Positions 1-14,799 of a stretch of 57,613 bases of DNA are shown piece by piece. The translations under genes and the position numbers were made by a program. The notes beneath the pieces were generated by a model. The model searched no databases. It was not told the DNA's origin and saw only the letters and a list, made by a program, of their open reading frames with translations. Where the stretch lies: assembly GCF_900545205.1 (NCBI RefSeq), contig NZ_UQYC01000001.1, positions 1 through 57,613 on the forward strand, in the 5' to 3' direction. The DNA is from an uncultured Veillonella sp. (GTDB lineage: Bacteria > Bacillota > Negativicutes > Veillonellales > Veillonellaceae). Numbering within the stretch: the stretch's first letter is position 1; every line of letters begins with the position of its first letter.

Positions 1-66
1 AACCGGGGAAATCTGTGGATAGGTACCTGCTTTTGGACAGGGGTTCGACTCCCCTCATCTCCACCA
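1..66 (+). ncRNA. ssrA: tmRNA, 3' end (5' part outside window)
   Basis: GGACAGGGGTTCGACTCCCCTCATCTCCACCA: T-arm (GGGG-TTCGACT-CCCC) followed by the tRNA-Ala-like acceptor end CTCCACCA typical of tmRNA. Confidence 0.9.
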
Positions 67-163
67 AATAAAAAGCATGCTTTTATCAAAATAGTCTATG
101 CTTACAAATAAATATGTAACTTTTCGGCTATAATAGATATAGAGTAGTCGATTTAGTGGTTTT

Positions 164-199
164 AAAAACTATCTAGGTGGATTCTTAGGTAGTTTTTTT
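164..199 (+). terminator. intrinsic terminator downstream of tmRNA
   Basis: AAAAACTATCTAGG / CTTAGGTAGTTTTT stem with two G-U pairs and a U-tract. Confidence 0.65.
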
Positions 200-256
200 A
201 TATATAAGATTAAATATAATATTAATTTATATAGAGAATTGCAAAGGTGATAAGTC

Positions 257-877
257 GTGGAAATTTTACTCGTGGCCTATTTGGCAGGAACAAAAAGTAT
301 AACCAAAAAGTATCTTTCAAAAATGGTTTCTAATAAAATAATTTTTATTCCTACGGCTGGAAATGTCGAGCCCTATACAGGATTTATTGATGAAGGAATT
401 GAGATGTTAAAATCTTTAGGGTATGAATTAGAAATTATTGATATTTCTAAATTTGATGAAGATTATTTAAAGGATAGGTTTTTAAAGACAGAATGCATTT
501 GTATATCTGGTGGGAATACTTTTTATTTACTACAAGAGTTAAAAAAGAAAAATCTAGTAGACGTACTTTTCAAGAGAATCAAAGAAGGCTTATTGTATAT
601 TGGAGAGTCTGCTGGAGCGATTATTATGTCTAAAAGTATTGAATACAATCAGATAATGGATGATAAAAGTATAGCTTCTGAATTAGATAATTATGGAGGT
701 TTGAATGTATTTGATCATTATGTTCTTCCTCATATAGGAGAATATCCATTTGAAGAAACTGCTCAGAAAACATTAGATATTTATCAAGATAAGATACCGT
801 TAGTGCCAATAAACAATAAAGAAGCAATCTTAGTGGATAATAATGGTTATACTGTATTAAATGAAAGTAAAAAGTAA
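257..877 (+). CDS. peptidase E / S51 family (class I glutamine amidotransferase-like)
   Basis: FIPTA, ISGGNTFYLL, GESAGA nucleophile elbow and LPH motifs; GTG start with AAGGTG RBS; AT-rich. Confidence 0.85.
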   Translation: MEILLVAYLAGTKSITKKYLSKMVSNKIIFIPTAGNVEPYTGFIDEGIEMLKSLGYELEIIDISKFDEDYLKDRFLKTECICISGGNTFYLLQELKKKNLVDVLFKRIKEGLLYIGESAGAIIMSKSIEYNQIMDDKSIASELDNYGGLNVFDHYVLPHIGEYPFEETAQKTLDIYQDKIPLVPINNKEAILVDNNGYTVLNESKK

Positions 878-1029
878 ATAAGTGTTTATTACTTTATATT
901 TGAAAGTTATAAGTGCTCATATTTTAATATATATAGTCAATAATTTTTATCGCTTTGATTGTGCACAATGAATATGAATTTAATCAGATTTTATCTATGT
1001 TTTATAGAGGTGGAGAGGTATCGAAAAAA

Positions 1030-1058
1030 TTGACTTTGTCTATAGAATCCTGTAAAAT
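1030..1058 (+). promoter_or_regulatory. sigma70-type promoter of the RND operon
   Basis: TTGACT-N17-TAAAAT. Confidence 0.6.
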
Positions 1059-1122
1059 ATATAAAGATATTTATGTAATTATGATACATAGATGATTAGT
1101 TTCGTGTAAAGGAGTACATATA

Positions 1123-2250
1123 ATGAAGTTCCGTTATTCCCGTATGTTAGCGGCTCTCGTTGTATCCGCTGTAATGGTTGCTGGTTGTGGCAGTAATCAA
1201 CAGCAAGCAGGCGACGTGAGTGTCAATGCATACAAAATTACTGCAAGTGATGCACAGGTAAACCAAACCTATGCTGGTACAGTAGTTGCAGAAAACTCTG
1301 TAGCTGTACATGCTCGTGTAACGGGTTACGTAGTTGAAAAATTTGTTAAAGGCGGGGAGCAAGTTGTAGCTGGACAGCCATTATATCGCATCGACTCTCG
1401 TCAATACGAAGCTGCTCTTGCCAATGCTGAAGCACAAGCTGCTCAAGCTAATGCAAACTATAAAAATGCTGAAGTAGACCTTAATCGGTATGAAACATTG
1501 GCTCAACAAGATGCTATTGCGCAACAACGTGTAGATACACAACGCAGTACTGTAGAACAAGCTAAGGCAGCTTATGAAGCATACCAAGCATCCGTAAAAA
1601 TTGCTCAAGATAACTATGGGGATACAATGGTATATGCACCATATTCTGGTACATTACGTATGGATGATATCGATATGGGTACATTTGTACAAGCAGGTTC
1701 TACAACATTAGTAACTATTGATTCTATCGATCCTATCTTTGTTGAATTTAGTATGACTGAACAAGAATATCTTGACTTCATGAAAAATCCAACCGGCGAT
1801 GATTCCAATGGTCCAAATATTCAGTTAAAACTTGCTGATGGCGAAACGTATAATCAACCGGGTTCTATTGTTCAAGCTGCAAAAAGCCTCGACCAGTCTA
1901 CAGGTAAGCTCGTGTTAAAAGCGTCCTTCCCAAATCCTGATCATTTGTTATTGCCAAATATGTTTGCCACAGTAATTTCTCCTGGTCAAAAACTTAAAAA
2001 TGCTATTCTTGTTCCTAGTCGCGCTATTCTTCAAATCATGGATAAAAACTTTATCTTTGTTGTAAATTCTGATGGTGTAGTAGAACAAAAAAGTGTTGAA
2101 GTGGGCGGTACAAGTGGTAGCGATACAATTATTAAAGCCGGTTTGGCACCTGGAGATACAATCATCGTTGATGGCTTAACTAAGGTTAAAAACGGTGCGA
2201 AGGTTAATGCTAAATTGCTTTCAAAAGAACAATTAAAAGCTACAAAATAG
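1123..2250 (+). CDS. RND efflux periplasmic adaptor (AcrA/MexA-like lipoprotein)
   Basis: Lipobox VAGC, lipoyl motifs (ARVTGYV..GEQVVAGQPLYRID; APYSG), alpha-helical hairpin, adjacent to an RND permease. Confidence 0.93.
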   Translation: MKFRYSRMLAALVVSAVMVAGCGSNQQQAGDVSVNAYKITASDAQVNQTYAGTVVAENSVAVHARVTGYVVEKFVKGGEQVVAGQPLYRIDSRQYEAALANAEAQAAQANANYKNAEVDLNRYETLAQQDAIAQQRVDTQRSTVEQAKAAYEAYQASVKIAQDNYGDTMVYAPYSGTLRMDDIDMGTFVQAGSTTLVTIDSIDPIFVEFSMTEQEYLDFMKNPTGDDSNGPNIQLKLADGETYNQPGSIVQAAKSLDQSTGKLVLKASFPNPDHLLLPNMFATVISPGQKLKNAILVPSRAILQIMDKNFIFVVNSDGVVEQKSVEVGGTSGSDTIIKAGLAPGDTIIVDGLTKVKNGAKVNAKLLSKEQLKATK

Positions 2251-2264
2251 AAGGGGGCTAGATC

Positions 2265-5200
2265 GTGTCGAAATTCTTTATTAATCGACCTATCTTTGCC
2301 ATCGTAATAGCCATTGTTATTACCTTGGTAGGTCTCATTTCTATGATGAACCTTCCGATAGCTCGATATCCACAAATTTCTCCACCTACAGTTCGTGTAA
2401 ACACTGCCTATACAGGTGCAACGGCTCAAGTTGTTAATGATACGGTAGCCAGTGTTATTGAAACACAAATCGTAGGCGTACAAGATATGGACTATATGAC
2501 ATCTAGTAGCTCTAGTAACGGTAGCTACTCTTTGACTGTTCAGTTCAATCAAGGCACAGATGCCGATATGGATACGGTTAATACTCAAAACCGTGTTCAA
2601 GCAGCACTTGCACAATTGCCTGCAGAGGTACAAGCAGTTGGTGTTACAACTACTAAATCTTCTGGTGATATGGCTATGGTATTCTCCTTGAATTCACCTG
2701 ATGGTACTTATGATTCTACATTCTTAAAGAACTATGGTACCAACTATATGATGGATGCTATTAAAGCCATTAAGGGTGTCGGTTCTGTACAAGAGTTCGG
2801 TTCCGACTATGCTATGCGCATTTGGTTAGATCCAGCGAAGATGCAAAATCTTGGTGTTACCATTTCTGAAGTGACAGCAGCTATTAAGGGCCAAAACTTA
2901 CAGGCTGCGGCAGGTACAGTTGGTCAAAATCCTACAAACGGTCAACAAGCATTCCAATATCCTATCAAAATTGAAGGTCGTCTTGTGACACCTGAACAAT
3001 TTGGCAATATTGCTATTAAAAGCTCTAATGGTAAAGTATTGCATCTAAAAGATGTTGCTCGTATTCAAATTGGTGCTAAAGGATATGACTTTGTTGCTAA
3101 GTCCGCTCATAAAGAGGTAGCAGGCTTTGCTATTTCTTTACAAAATGATGCCAATGCATTAGAAACTATTGCGAATGTTAAGAAGGTACTAGATGAACAA
3201 TCTAAATCCTTCCCACCAGATATGCAATACAATGTAGTTGTAGATAATACTAAATTCGTAAGTGCATCTATCAATGAGGTAGAGCATACCTTTGTAGAAG
3301 CATTACTACTCGTTCTTTTTGTAGTATATGTGTTCTTACAATCCTGGCGATCTACAATTATTCCTATGATTGCCGTACCAGTATCCTTGCTAGGTACATT
3401 TGGTGCTTTCGTATTACTTGATTTCTCTATCAATACGTTAACATTATTCGCCATGGTATTGGCTATCGGCCTCGTTGTTGACGATGCTATCGTTGTAGTA
3501 GAGGCAGTAGAGTATGAATTAAAATATAATGGCTTATCTCCAAAAGAGGCAGCTATTAGAGCAATGGAAAATGTGCAAGGCCCTGTAATTGGTATCGCCT
3601 TTGTATTGGTAGCGGTATTCGTACCAGTTGCCTTTATGGGTGGCATGACAGGTATTCTTTATAAACAGTTTGCCTTGACGATTGCAGTTTCTGTTGTTAT
3701 TTCTGCGATTATAGCCCTTGTATTAACACCAGCACTTTGTGCTACGATGTTAAAACCTCACACGCCAAAAGAACGCGAAGACTGGGTACATCGTCAGTTA
3801 AACAAATTCAATGCAGGCTTAGAACGTTTCAGTGATTGGTATGGTATCCAATTGGCTCGTTTAAGCCATCGCTTGAGCTTAACTGTTATTGCATTATTAA
3901 TCTTTGCTGGTGGTACTGGTTTAGTATTCCACTTCTTACCTACATCCTTTGTACCTGCAGAGGATAGCGGTTACTACATGATTGCTGTTAATGAGCCACC
4001 TGGTGCTGCATCTGAACGTACTATGGCGACCCTTGAAAAAATAGCATCTTTCTTGGAAGGTAAAAATGATCCTGAAAAACCTAAGAATGAACAATTATTC
4101 CAAGAGGTATTTACTGTAGCAGGCTTTGACCTCTTAGGGGGCGGTCAAAAATCTAGTGCTGGTGTAATCTTTGCGACTATGTCTGATTGGAAGTATCGTA
4201 CAACTCAAGCAACATCTATTAATGCAATGGTTGGCCAAACCTTTGGCTTTGCTGCTCAAGGCGTACCAGAAGCAACTGTAGTTGCTTTGAATCCACCATC
4301 TATTCCAGGTTTAGGTAATACAGGTGGTTTCAGCATGTACCTTATTAACAAAGCTGGTGACAGCCCACAAGTTATGGCAGAACGTGCTAATGAATTCTTA
4401 GCAGAAGCTCGTAAGAGTCCAGCAATTCAATCTATTTACACTACCTTTGATACATCTACACCATCCTTACAATTTGATGTGAATCGTGAAAAAGCGGCTC
4501 AAGATGGTGTGGCATTAGCTGATATCTTTACTACATTGCAAGGTTTCTATGGTAGTATTCAAGTCAATGATTTCACTACATATGGTAAAAACTATAAAGT
4601 AGTAGTTCAAGCTGAAGACGCTTACCGTCAAAATGCGGATCAGCTTAATATGCTAGCTGTTCGTAATAGCAAGGGCCTTATGGTTCCAGTATCTAACTAT
4701 ATTACAAAGGAACAAACTGGCACACCATCTAGTATTACTCGTTTTGATAATGCGATGGCTGTACAAATCGGTGGTTCTCAAGCGAATGGTTACTCCTCTG
4801 GTGATGCCATAAATGCATTGAAAGAGGCGGCAGCTAAAACTTTACCAGCCGGTTATACATATGACTGGGCAGGTCAATCTCGTGAAGAGTTGAAAGCTGG
4901 TTCTCAAACCATCATGATTCTTGGTTTAGGTCTAGTATTTGTATTCTTAATCTTGGCTGCCTTGTATGAATCTTGGAAGGTTCCATTTGCCGTATTGTTC
5001 TCTGTACCATCTGGTATGATTGGTGCTTCTTTAGTTCCATTCTTGTTGAACTTTACAGGTAGATATTCCTTAGCTAATGATATTTACATGCAGATTGGCC
5101 TTTTAACACTTGTTGGTTTGGCCGCAAAAAATGCGATTTTGATCATTGAGTATGCTAAGATTCGTGTTGACGAACGTGGTATGAACGTTGTTGATGCTGC

Positions 5201-5447
5201 TATTGAAGCTGCAAAAATTCGTTTGCGTCCAATCTTGATGACATCCTTTGCGTTCATCCTTGGTGTGTTGCCATTAGCAGTATCTACTGGTGCTGGTTCT
5301 GGTGCTCGTACATCCATGGGTATTACTGTAGTAGCAGGGATGACAACAGCCACATTGTTTGGTATCTTTATCATTCCAATGCTGTTTATTATCATTGAAA
5401 CACTTGGACCTGGTATGTTTACAAACCGCAAAAAAAATCACGACTAA
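2265..5447 (+). CDS. RND efflux permease (AcrB/HAE1 family)
   Basis: MSKFFINRPIFA N-terminus, GLVVDDAIVVVE, AKNAILI and RLRPILMTS proton-relay motifs; 1060 aa. Confidence 0.96.
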   Translation: MSKFFINRPIFAIVIAIVITLVGLISMMNLPIARYPQISPPTVRVNTAYTGATAQVVNDTVASVIETQIVGVQDMDYMTSSSSSNGSYSLTVQFNQGTDADMDTVNTQNRVQAALAQLPAEVQAVGVTTTKSSGDMAMVFSLNSPDGTYDSTFLKNYGTNYMMDAIKAIKGVGSVQEFGSDYAMRIWLDPAKMQNLGVTISEVTAAIKGQNLQAAAGTVGQNPTNGQQAFQYPIKIEGRLVTPEQFGNIAIKSSNGKVLHLKDVARIQIGAKGYDFVAKSAHKEVAGFAISLQNDANALETIANVKKVLDEQSKSFPPDMQYNVVVDNTKFVSASINEVEHTFVEALLLVLFVVYVFLQSWRSTIIPMIAVPVSLLGTFGAFVLLDFSINTLTLFAMVLAIGLVVDDAIVVVEAVEYELKYNGLSPKEAAIRAMENVQGPVIGIAFVLVAVFVPVAFMGGMTGILYKQFALTIAVSVVISAIIALVLTPALCATMLKPHTPKEREDWVHRQLNKFNAGLERFSDWYGIQLARLSHRLSLTVIALLIFAGGTGLVFHFLPTSFVPAEDSGYYMIAVNEPPGAASERTMATLEKIASFLEGKNDPEKPKNEQLFQEVFTVAGFDLLGGGQKSSAGVIFATMSDWKYRTTQATSINAMVGQTFGFAAQGVPEATVVALNPPSIPGLGNTGGFSMYLINKAGDSPQVMAERANEFLAEARKSPAIQSIYTTFDTSTPSLQFDVNREKAAQDGVALADIFTTLQGFYGSIQVNDFTTYGKNYKVVVQAEDAYRQNADQLNMLAVRNSKGLMVPVSNYITKEQTGTPSSITRFDNAMAVQIGGSQANGYSSGDAINALKEAAAKTLPAGYTYDWAGQSREELKAGSQTIMILGLGLVFVFLILAALYESWKVPFAVLFSVPSGMIGASLVPFLLNFTGRYSLANDIYMQIGLLTLVGLAAKNAILIIEYAKIRVDERGMNVVDAAIEAAKIRLRPILMTSFAFILGVLPLAVSTGAGSGARTSMGITVVAGMTTATLFGIFIIPMLFIIIETLGPGMFTNRKKNHD

Positions 5448-5478
5448 TCATTTACATTAGATAATTTTGTAGAATGAC

Positions 5479-5515
5479 AAAAACACGTCACTACTTAGTA
5501 GTGGCGTGTTTTTTT
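5479..5515 (+). terminator. intrinsic terminator
   Basis: AAAAACACGTCACTAC-TTA-GTAGTGGCGTGTTTTT. Confidence 0.85.
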
Positions 5516-5602
5516 ATATAATTTATGATATAATAATATAGTTAAAAATCGGATTGACGTAAGTCGATATTAAGTATGAAATTTATATAAAAGAGGTATA
5601 TT

Positions 5603-6544
5603 ATGAGTGATGTAAAAACATATGTAGCAGGTCATAAAAGCCCTGATACAGATTCTATTTGTTCTGCTATTTCCTTTGCTAATTTCTTAACACAAATGGG
5701 TACACCAGCTACTCCAGTATGTGCAGGTGAAGCAAACAAAGAAACAACATATATTTTGAACCATTTTGGTTTTGAACATCCACAAATCGTTAAGAACTGG
5801 GAAGAGTTTGCTCCAGAAGGTGGCAACTTATACCTAACTGATCACAATGAATCTAAGCAAATCATCGATGGTTATAAATCCATGAATATGTGTGGTGTAG
5901 TTGATCATCACCGCATCGGTGACTTTGAAACTGATGGTCCTGTATTTATGCGTTTAGAACCAGTAGGTTGCTCCAATACAATCATTACTAAATTGTACAT
6001 TGAAAACAATCAAGCAATCCCTAAAGCTATTGCAGGCTTGATGTTGTCCGCTATCATTTCTGATACTGTGTTATTCCGTTCTCCAACATGTACAGAAACA
6101 GATAAAGAAATGGCTCATAAATTGGCAGAAATCGCTGGTGTAGATATCGAGTCCTATGGCCTTGATATGTTAAAAGCCGGTGCAGATATTTCTGATTTGA
6201 CTAATGACGATATCGTTCGTACAGACATGAAAGAATTCTCCGAAGCAGGTAAAACAATTTCTATCGGTCAAATTTCTGTTATGGATACTACAGATGTATT
6301 GGCTAAACAAGCTGAACTTGTAGCTGCATTAGAGGCTCTTCGCAGCGCTAATAACTATGATGCATCTTACATCATGGTTACAAATATTCTTGATGAAAGC
6401 ACTACATTGTTATTCAGTGGTGATGTGGAAGCAGTAGTAACAAAAGCATTTGAAAAAGAAGTTAAAGACAATGGCGTATTCTTGCCAAATACTATGTCTC
6501 GTAAAAAACAAATCGTACCACCAATTCTTGGTGCTATGAAATAG
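5603..6544 (+). CDS. ppaC: manganese-dependent inorganic pyrophosphatase (family II, no CBS insert)
   Basis: GHKSPDTDS, DHNE, VDHH, IISDT and C-terminal SRKKQIVP motifs. Confidence 0.95.
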   Translation: MSDVKTYVAGHKSPDTDSICSAISFANFLTQMGTPATPVCAGEANKETTYILNHFGFEHPQIVKNWEEFAPEGGNLYLTDHNESKQIIDGYKSMNMCGVVDHHRIGDFETDGPVFMRLEPVGCSNTIITKLYIENNQAIPKAIAGLMLSAIISDTVLFRSPTCTETDKEMAHKLAEIAGVDIESYGLDMLKAGADISDLTNDDIVRTDMKEFSEAGKTISIGQISVMDTTDVLAKQAELVAALEALRSANNYDASYIMVTNILDESTTLLFSGDVEAVVTKAFEKEVKDNGVFLPNTMSRKKQIVPPILGAMK

Positions 6545-6565
6545 TATAGTAGTATACAAAGGAAA

Positions 6566-6600
6566 AAGAACGTTGCTTGCAACGTTCTTCTTCTCTATTT
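6566..6600 (+). terminator. probable intrinsic terminator
   Basis: AAGAACGTTGC-TT-GCAACGTTCTT followed by a pyrimidine-rich tail. Confidence 0.6.
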
Positions 6601-6648
6601 ATATGATTATCAAATTATAGTATATGTAAGGGTGATAGGGGTGATCCG

Positions 6649-10868
<4,220 letters not shown>

Positions 10869-10888
10869 ATATACATTCTTACAATGTT

Positions 10889-10917
10889 TTGAAAATATAT
10901 ATTATTTGCTTTATAAT
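10889..10917 (+). promoter_or_regulatory. sigma70-type promoter of gatCAB
   Basis: TTGAAA-N17-TATAAT. Confidence 0.55.
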
Positions 10918-10943
10918 AAGTAATTATGAAAGGATGTGTTCCG

Positions 10944-11234
10944 ATGAAAATCAGCCAAGAGGAAATTAAAAAGATCGCCTTACTTTCACGATTGGAAGTT
11001 AAGGAAGAACATATGGCACATGTAGAAAAAGAGTTATCTGACATCTTGACTTATGTTGCTGAACTAGATGCATTAGAACTTGATGGTGTGGAGCCTATGG
11101 CTCATGCAGTACCATTGCACAATGTATTTAGAGAGGATGAAACAAAACCATCCTTAGATCATGATTTAGCTTTGTCCAATGCTCCAGAAGCAGAGGATGG
11201 GTACTTTAAAGTACCTCGCGTTGTACAAGAATAG
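10944..11234 (+). CDS. gatC: Asp/Glu-tRNA amidotransferase subunit C
   Basis: IALLSRL..., NVFRED, NAPEAEDGYFKVPRV; start moved to ATG 10944 after AAAGGA. Confidence 0.95.
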   Translation: MKISQEEIKKIALLSRLEVKEEHMAHVEKELSDILTYVAELDALELDGVEPMAHAVPLHNVFREDETKPSLDHDLALSNAPEAEDGYFKVPRVVQE

Positions 11235-11245
11235 GAGGTTTCGCT

Positions 11246-12706
11246 GTGGCAACAATTCATGAATTACACAAGAAACTAGTGAATAAAGAAATCAGCGCCG
11301 TTGAATTGACGAATGCTGTTATTGCACATAAAGCGAAAGTGGAACCGACTGTACATGCGTACTTATCCGATTCTCATGATCGTGCTTTGGCTACAGCTAA
11401 GCTTGTAGATGAAGCAATTGCTAAAGGTGAAGCTATTTCCCCATTGGCAGGTATTCCTGGTGCCATTAAAGATAATATTTGTATTAAAGATGAACCTGCA
11501 ACATGTGCATCTAAAATGTTAGAAAACTTTGTGCCTCCATACAATGCGTCTGTTATTGAACGTTTACAAGACAATCATTATATTAGCCTTGGTAAACTTA
11601 ACATGGACGAATTTGCTATGGGTGGATCTACAGAGAATTCTGCATTAGCTAAAACATCTAATCCTTGGAATGCTGATTGCGTACCAGGCGGTTCTTCTGG
11701 TGGTAGTGCAGCAGCTGTATCCAGCGGTTCTGCTATTTGGGCTCTTGGCTCTGATACAGGTGGGTCTATTCGTCAACCAGCATCCTTCTGTGGCGTTGTA
11801 GGTTTAAAACCAACATATGGTAATGTATCTCGTTACGGTTTAATTGCTTTCGCATCTTCTTTGGATCAAATTGGCCCTGTTACTCGAGATGTAACTGATG
11901 CTGCTTTAGTATTAAATGCTATTTCTGGCCACGATGCTAAAGATTCCACATCCATTCCAGGTACTCGTGTAGACTACACTACTGCTCTTGTAAATGATGT
12001 AAAAAATCTAAAAATTGGTGTACCAAAAGAATTCTTTGGTGAAGGTCTCAATAGAGAAGTTCGTAAAGCTATTGAAGAAGCTATCGAAACATACAAAAAA
12101 TTAGGTGCTGAAATCGTTGAGGTTTCCTTGCCTAATTCTAAATATGCATTATCTGCGTACTATATCATTGCATTGGCAGAGGCAAGCTCTAACTTGGCTC
12201 GTTATGACGGTGTAAGCTATGGTATGCGCGTACCTGCAGATAATTTAGTAGAAATGTCTACTAAAACTCGTACAGAAGGTTTTGGTCCTGAAGTACAACG
12301 CCGTATCTTGTTAGGCACCTATGTATTGAGCGCTGGTTACTATGATGCTTATTATTTGAAAGCATTAAAAGTACGCCGCCTCATTAAAAACGAATTTGAT
12401 GAAGCTTTCTCTAAAGTGGATTTAATCTTAACACCAACTGCACCTAATACGTCTTATAAATTTGGTGAAAAAGCAAATGATCCATTAGCAATGTACTTAG
12501 AAGATATCTGTACAGTACCAGCTAACCTTGCAGGTATCCCAGGTATCAGCATTCCAGCAGGTATGAGTAGTAGCAATTTACCAATCGGTATGCAATTGCT
12601 TGGTCCTGCTATGGGTGAAGAAACATTGTTACGTGCGGCTTTCACATTTGAACAAGCACGTCCAGACTGTCAATTAGTAGCACCAACTGGGGAGGTTTCT
12701 CTATGA
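11246..12706 (+). CDS. gatA: Asp/Glu-tRNA amidotransferase subunit A
   Basis: Amidase signature [33 protein letters not shown]. Confidence 0.98.
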   Translation: MATIHELHKKLVNKEISAVELTNAVIAHKAKVEPTVHAYLSDSHDRALATAKLVDEAIAKGEAISPLAGIPGAIKDNICIKDEPATCASKMLENFVPPYNASVIERLQDNHYISLGKLNMDEFAMGGSTENSALAKTSNPWNADCVPGGSSGGSAAAVSSGSAIWALGSDTGGSIRQPASFCGVVGLKPTYGNVSRYGLIAFASSLDQIGPVTRDVTDAALVLNAISGHDAKDSTSIPGTRVDYTTALVNDVKNLKIGVPKEFFGEGLNREVRKAIEEAIETYKKLGAEIVEVSLPNSKYALSAYYIIALAEASSNLARYDGVSYGMRVPADNLVEMSTKTRTEGFGPEVQRRILLGTYVLSAGYYDAYYLKALKVRRLIKNEFDEAFSKVDLILTPTAPNTSYKFGEKANDPLAMYLEDICTVPANLAGIPGISIPAGMSSSNLPIGMQLLGPAMGEETLLRAAFTFEQARPDCQLVAPTGEVSL

Positions 12707-14151
12707 GTAGTAAATACGAAACAGTCGTTGGTTTAGAGGTTCATACAGAGCTTAAGACTAAGTCTAAAATCTTCTGTGGTTGTACCACTGAATTCGGCGG
12801 CGATCAAAATACACATGTGTGCCCAGTATGCCTTGGCTTGCCTGGTGCTATGCCTGTGTTAAATAAACAAGTAGTAGAATTTGCTATCAAAGTTGGTTTA
12901 GCATTGAACTGTGAAATTCTAAACTTTAACAAATTTGACCGTAAAAACTATTACTATCCAGATTTGCCTAAAAACTATCAAACATCTCAATATGATTTGC
13001 CAATTTGCTTAAATGGTCATTTGGACATTGAAGTAAATGGTGAAACTAAACGCATTGGTATTACGCGTATTCACATGGAAGAAGATGCAGGTAAACTTGT
13101 TCACAGTGGTAACACTATTTCCGATTCTAAATCTTCTAATGTTGACTACAACCGTACAGGTGTTCCTCTTCTTGAAATCGTATCTGAACCAGATATTCGC
13201 TCCGGTGCAGAAGCAAGAGCCTATGTTGAAAAACTACGTTCTATTTTGCAATATTTAGAAGTATCTGATGGCCGTATGGAAGAAGGTTCCTTACGTGGTG
13301 ACTGTAACGTATCCGTACGTTTGCGCGGTACTAAAGAGTTCGGTACGCGTACAGAAACTAAGAATGTAAACTCCTTAACAGCTATTCAAAAGGTTGTTGA
13401 ATATGAAGCATTACGTCAAGCTAAGTTGATTGAAGCTGGCGGTAAAGTAGATCAAGAAACACGTACATGGGATGATGCTCAAGGCATTACTATTGGTATG
13501 CGTAAGAAAGATGAAGAAAACGATTACCGTTACTTCCCTGAACCAGATTTGGTACCAATTGTAATTACTGACGAAAAAATCGAAGAAGTACGTCGTGCGT
13601 TACCTGAATTACAAGATGCTAAGATTGATCGCTTTGTATCTGAATATGGTTTGTCTCGTGAAGATGCAACAATCCTTACTGTATCTCGTAAAACTGCAGA
13701 TTTCTTAGATGCCACTGTAAAAGCAGGTGCAGATGCTAAGACTGTGGCTAACTGGATGCTTGGTGACTTGTCCAAGATGATTAATGAAAGTGGTTTAACA
13801 TTCGCTGAATCTAAAGTAAGCCCAGAAAACTTGGCTGGTATGATTGCCCTAATCGACAAAGGTACAATTTCCGGTAAAATCGCGAAAAAAGTTATCGTAT
13901 CCATGTGGGAATCCGGCAAGGATGCAGATACTATCGTAAAAGAAGAAGGCCTTGTTCAAATCACTGATACTGGTGCTATCGAAGAAATCGTTAAACAAGT
14001 TATTGCTAACAATCCACAACCAGTGGCAGACTTCAAAGGTGGCAATGGTAAGGCTATTGGCTTCTTAGTAGGCCAAGTTATGAAGGAATCTAAAGGCCGT
14101 GCTAACCCTGGTATGGTAAATGAATTGCTTCAAAAATACTTGAAAGACTAA
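12703..14151 (+). CDS. gatB: Asp/Glu-tRNA amidotransferase subunit B
   Basis: [40 protein letters not shown]-terminal YqeY domain. Confidence 0.98.
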   Translation: MSSKYETVVGLEVHTELKTKSKIFCGCTTEFGGDQNTHVCPVCLGLPGAMPVLNKQVVEFAIKVGLALNCEILNFNKFDRKNYYYPDLPKNYQTSQYDLPICLNGHLDIEVNGETKRIGITRIHMEEDAGKLVHSGNTISDSKSSNVDYNRTGVPLLEIVSEPDIRSGAEARAYVEKLRSILQYLEVSDGRMEEGSLRGDCNVSVRLRGTKEFGTRTETKNVNSLTAIQKVVEYEALRQAKLIEAGGKVDQETRTWDDAQGITIGMRKKDEENDYRYFPEPDLVPIVITDEKIEEVRRALPELQDAKIDRFVSEYGLSREDATILTVSRKTADFLDATVKAGADAKTVANWMLGDLSKMINESGLTFAESKVSPENLAGMIALIDKGTISGKIAKKVIVSMWESGKDADTIVKEEGLVQITDTGAIEEIVKQVIANNPQPVADFKGGNGKAIGFLVGQVMKESKGRANPGMVNELLQKYLKD

Positions 14152-14196
14152 TTTGTCCGTTAGCCTATAGTCGCATAGGCAATACAAATAAAATCA

Positions 14197-14240
14197 ATCC
14201 CCTATAGATATATGAACTTATATCTGTAGGGGATATTTAT
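14197..14240 (+). terminator. intrinsic terminator after gatB
   Basis: ATCCCCTATAGATAT...ATATCTGTAGGGGAT. Confidence 0.7.
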
Positions 14241-14316
14241 TTGCATTTTTTATGGTAAAGTATGGTATAATAGGTTGTATAAAATTAATTATTATTTTGG
14301 TCATATAAAGGACTTA

Positions 14317-14736
14317 ATGATGAATGATCAACAGAATATAAATAACAATCAAAATACATATAGAAGTAGTGAGCGTAGCGATAGCTACAGTAGTAATACA
14401 CGTGCTGCAGAACCTAATACACGCGTATTATCTGATGATGAACGCCGTGATTTTGACGGTGTAACCATTGAAGAGGTAGGCGATTCTGTTCATGTGGACT
14501 CTACACCTAGCAATATGAACGAAGATTATCAACGCGGTGAAGAGTATAATCAATATGGTCCACATGTGAAGGTATATAGCTTTAATAGTACAAGCTGGCT
14601 GAGCCGTATTATTTTAATTATAATCCTAGCAGTCGTGTTAGCAGCTGTAGTTTTCTTTGGTGGCATCATCCTATCGATTGTAGGCGTTGTCATTTTAGTG
14701 GGGGCCGTTGTTTCCTTTATCTTTGGGCTCTTTTAA
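14317..14736 (+). CDS. hypothetical protein, polar N-terminus with C-terminal membrane hairpin
   Basis: ATG after AAAGGA RBS; N/S/D-rich N-terminus, ~45-aa hydrophobic C-terminus. Confidence 0.75.
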   Translation: MMNDQQNINNNQNTYRSSERSDSYSSNTRAAEPNTRVLSDDERRDFDGVTIEEVGDSVHVDSTPSNMNEDYQRGEEYNQYGPHVKVYSFNSTSWLSRIILIIILAVVLAAVVFFGGIILSIVGVVILVGAVVSFIFGLF

Positions 14737-14799
14737 TGGTATAATATATATATTATGACTAGACGGTGGCTGAGCCATTCGATGATGTAAAGGGGACCT

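Noticed and set aside
1..66. tRNA gene
   Set aside because: Only a T-arm and acceptor end are present. The upstream sequence does not form D or anticodon arms, and the GGAC..CTCCACCA pattern fits tmRNA.
67..1122. Prophage or integrative element at ssrA
   Set aside because: No integrase, phage genes or att duplication seen; core-like genes resume by 1123.
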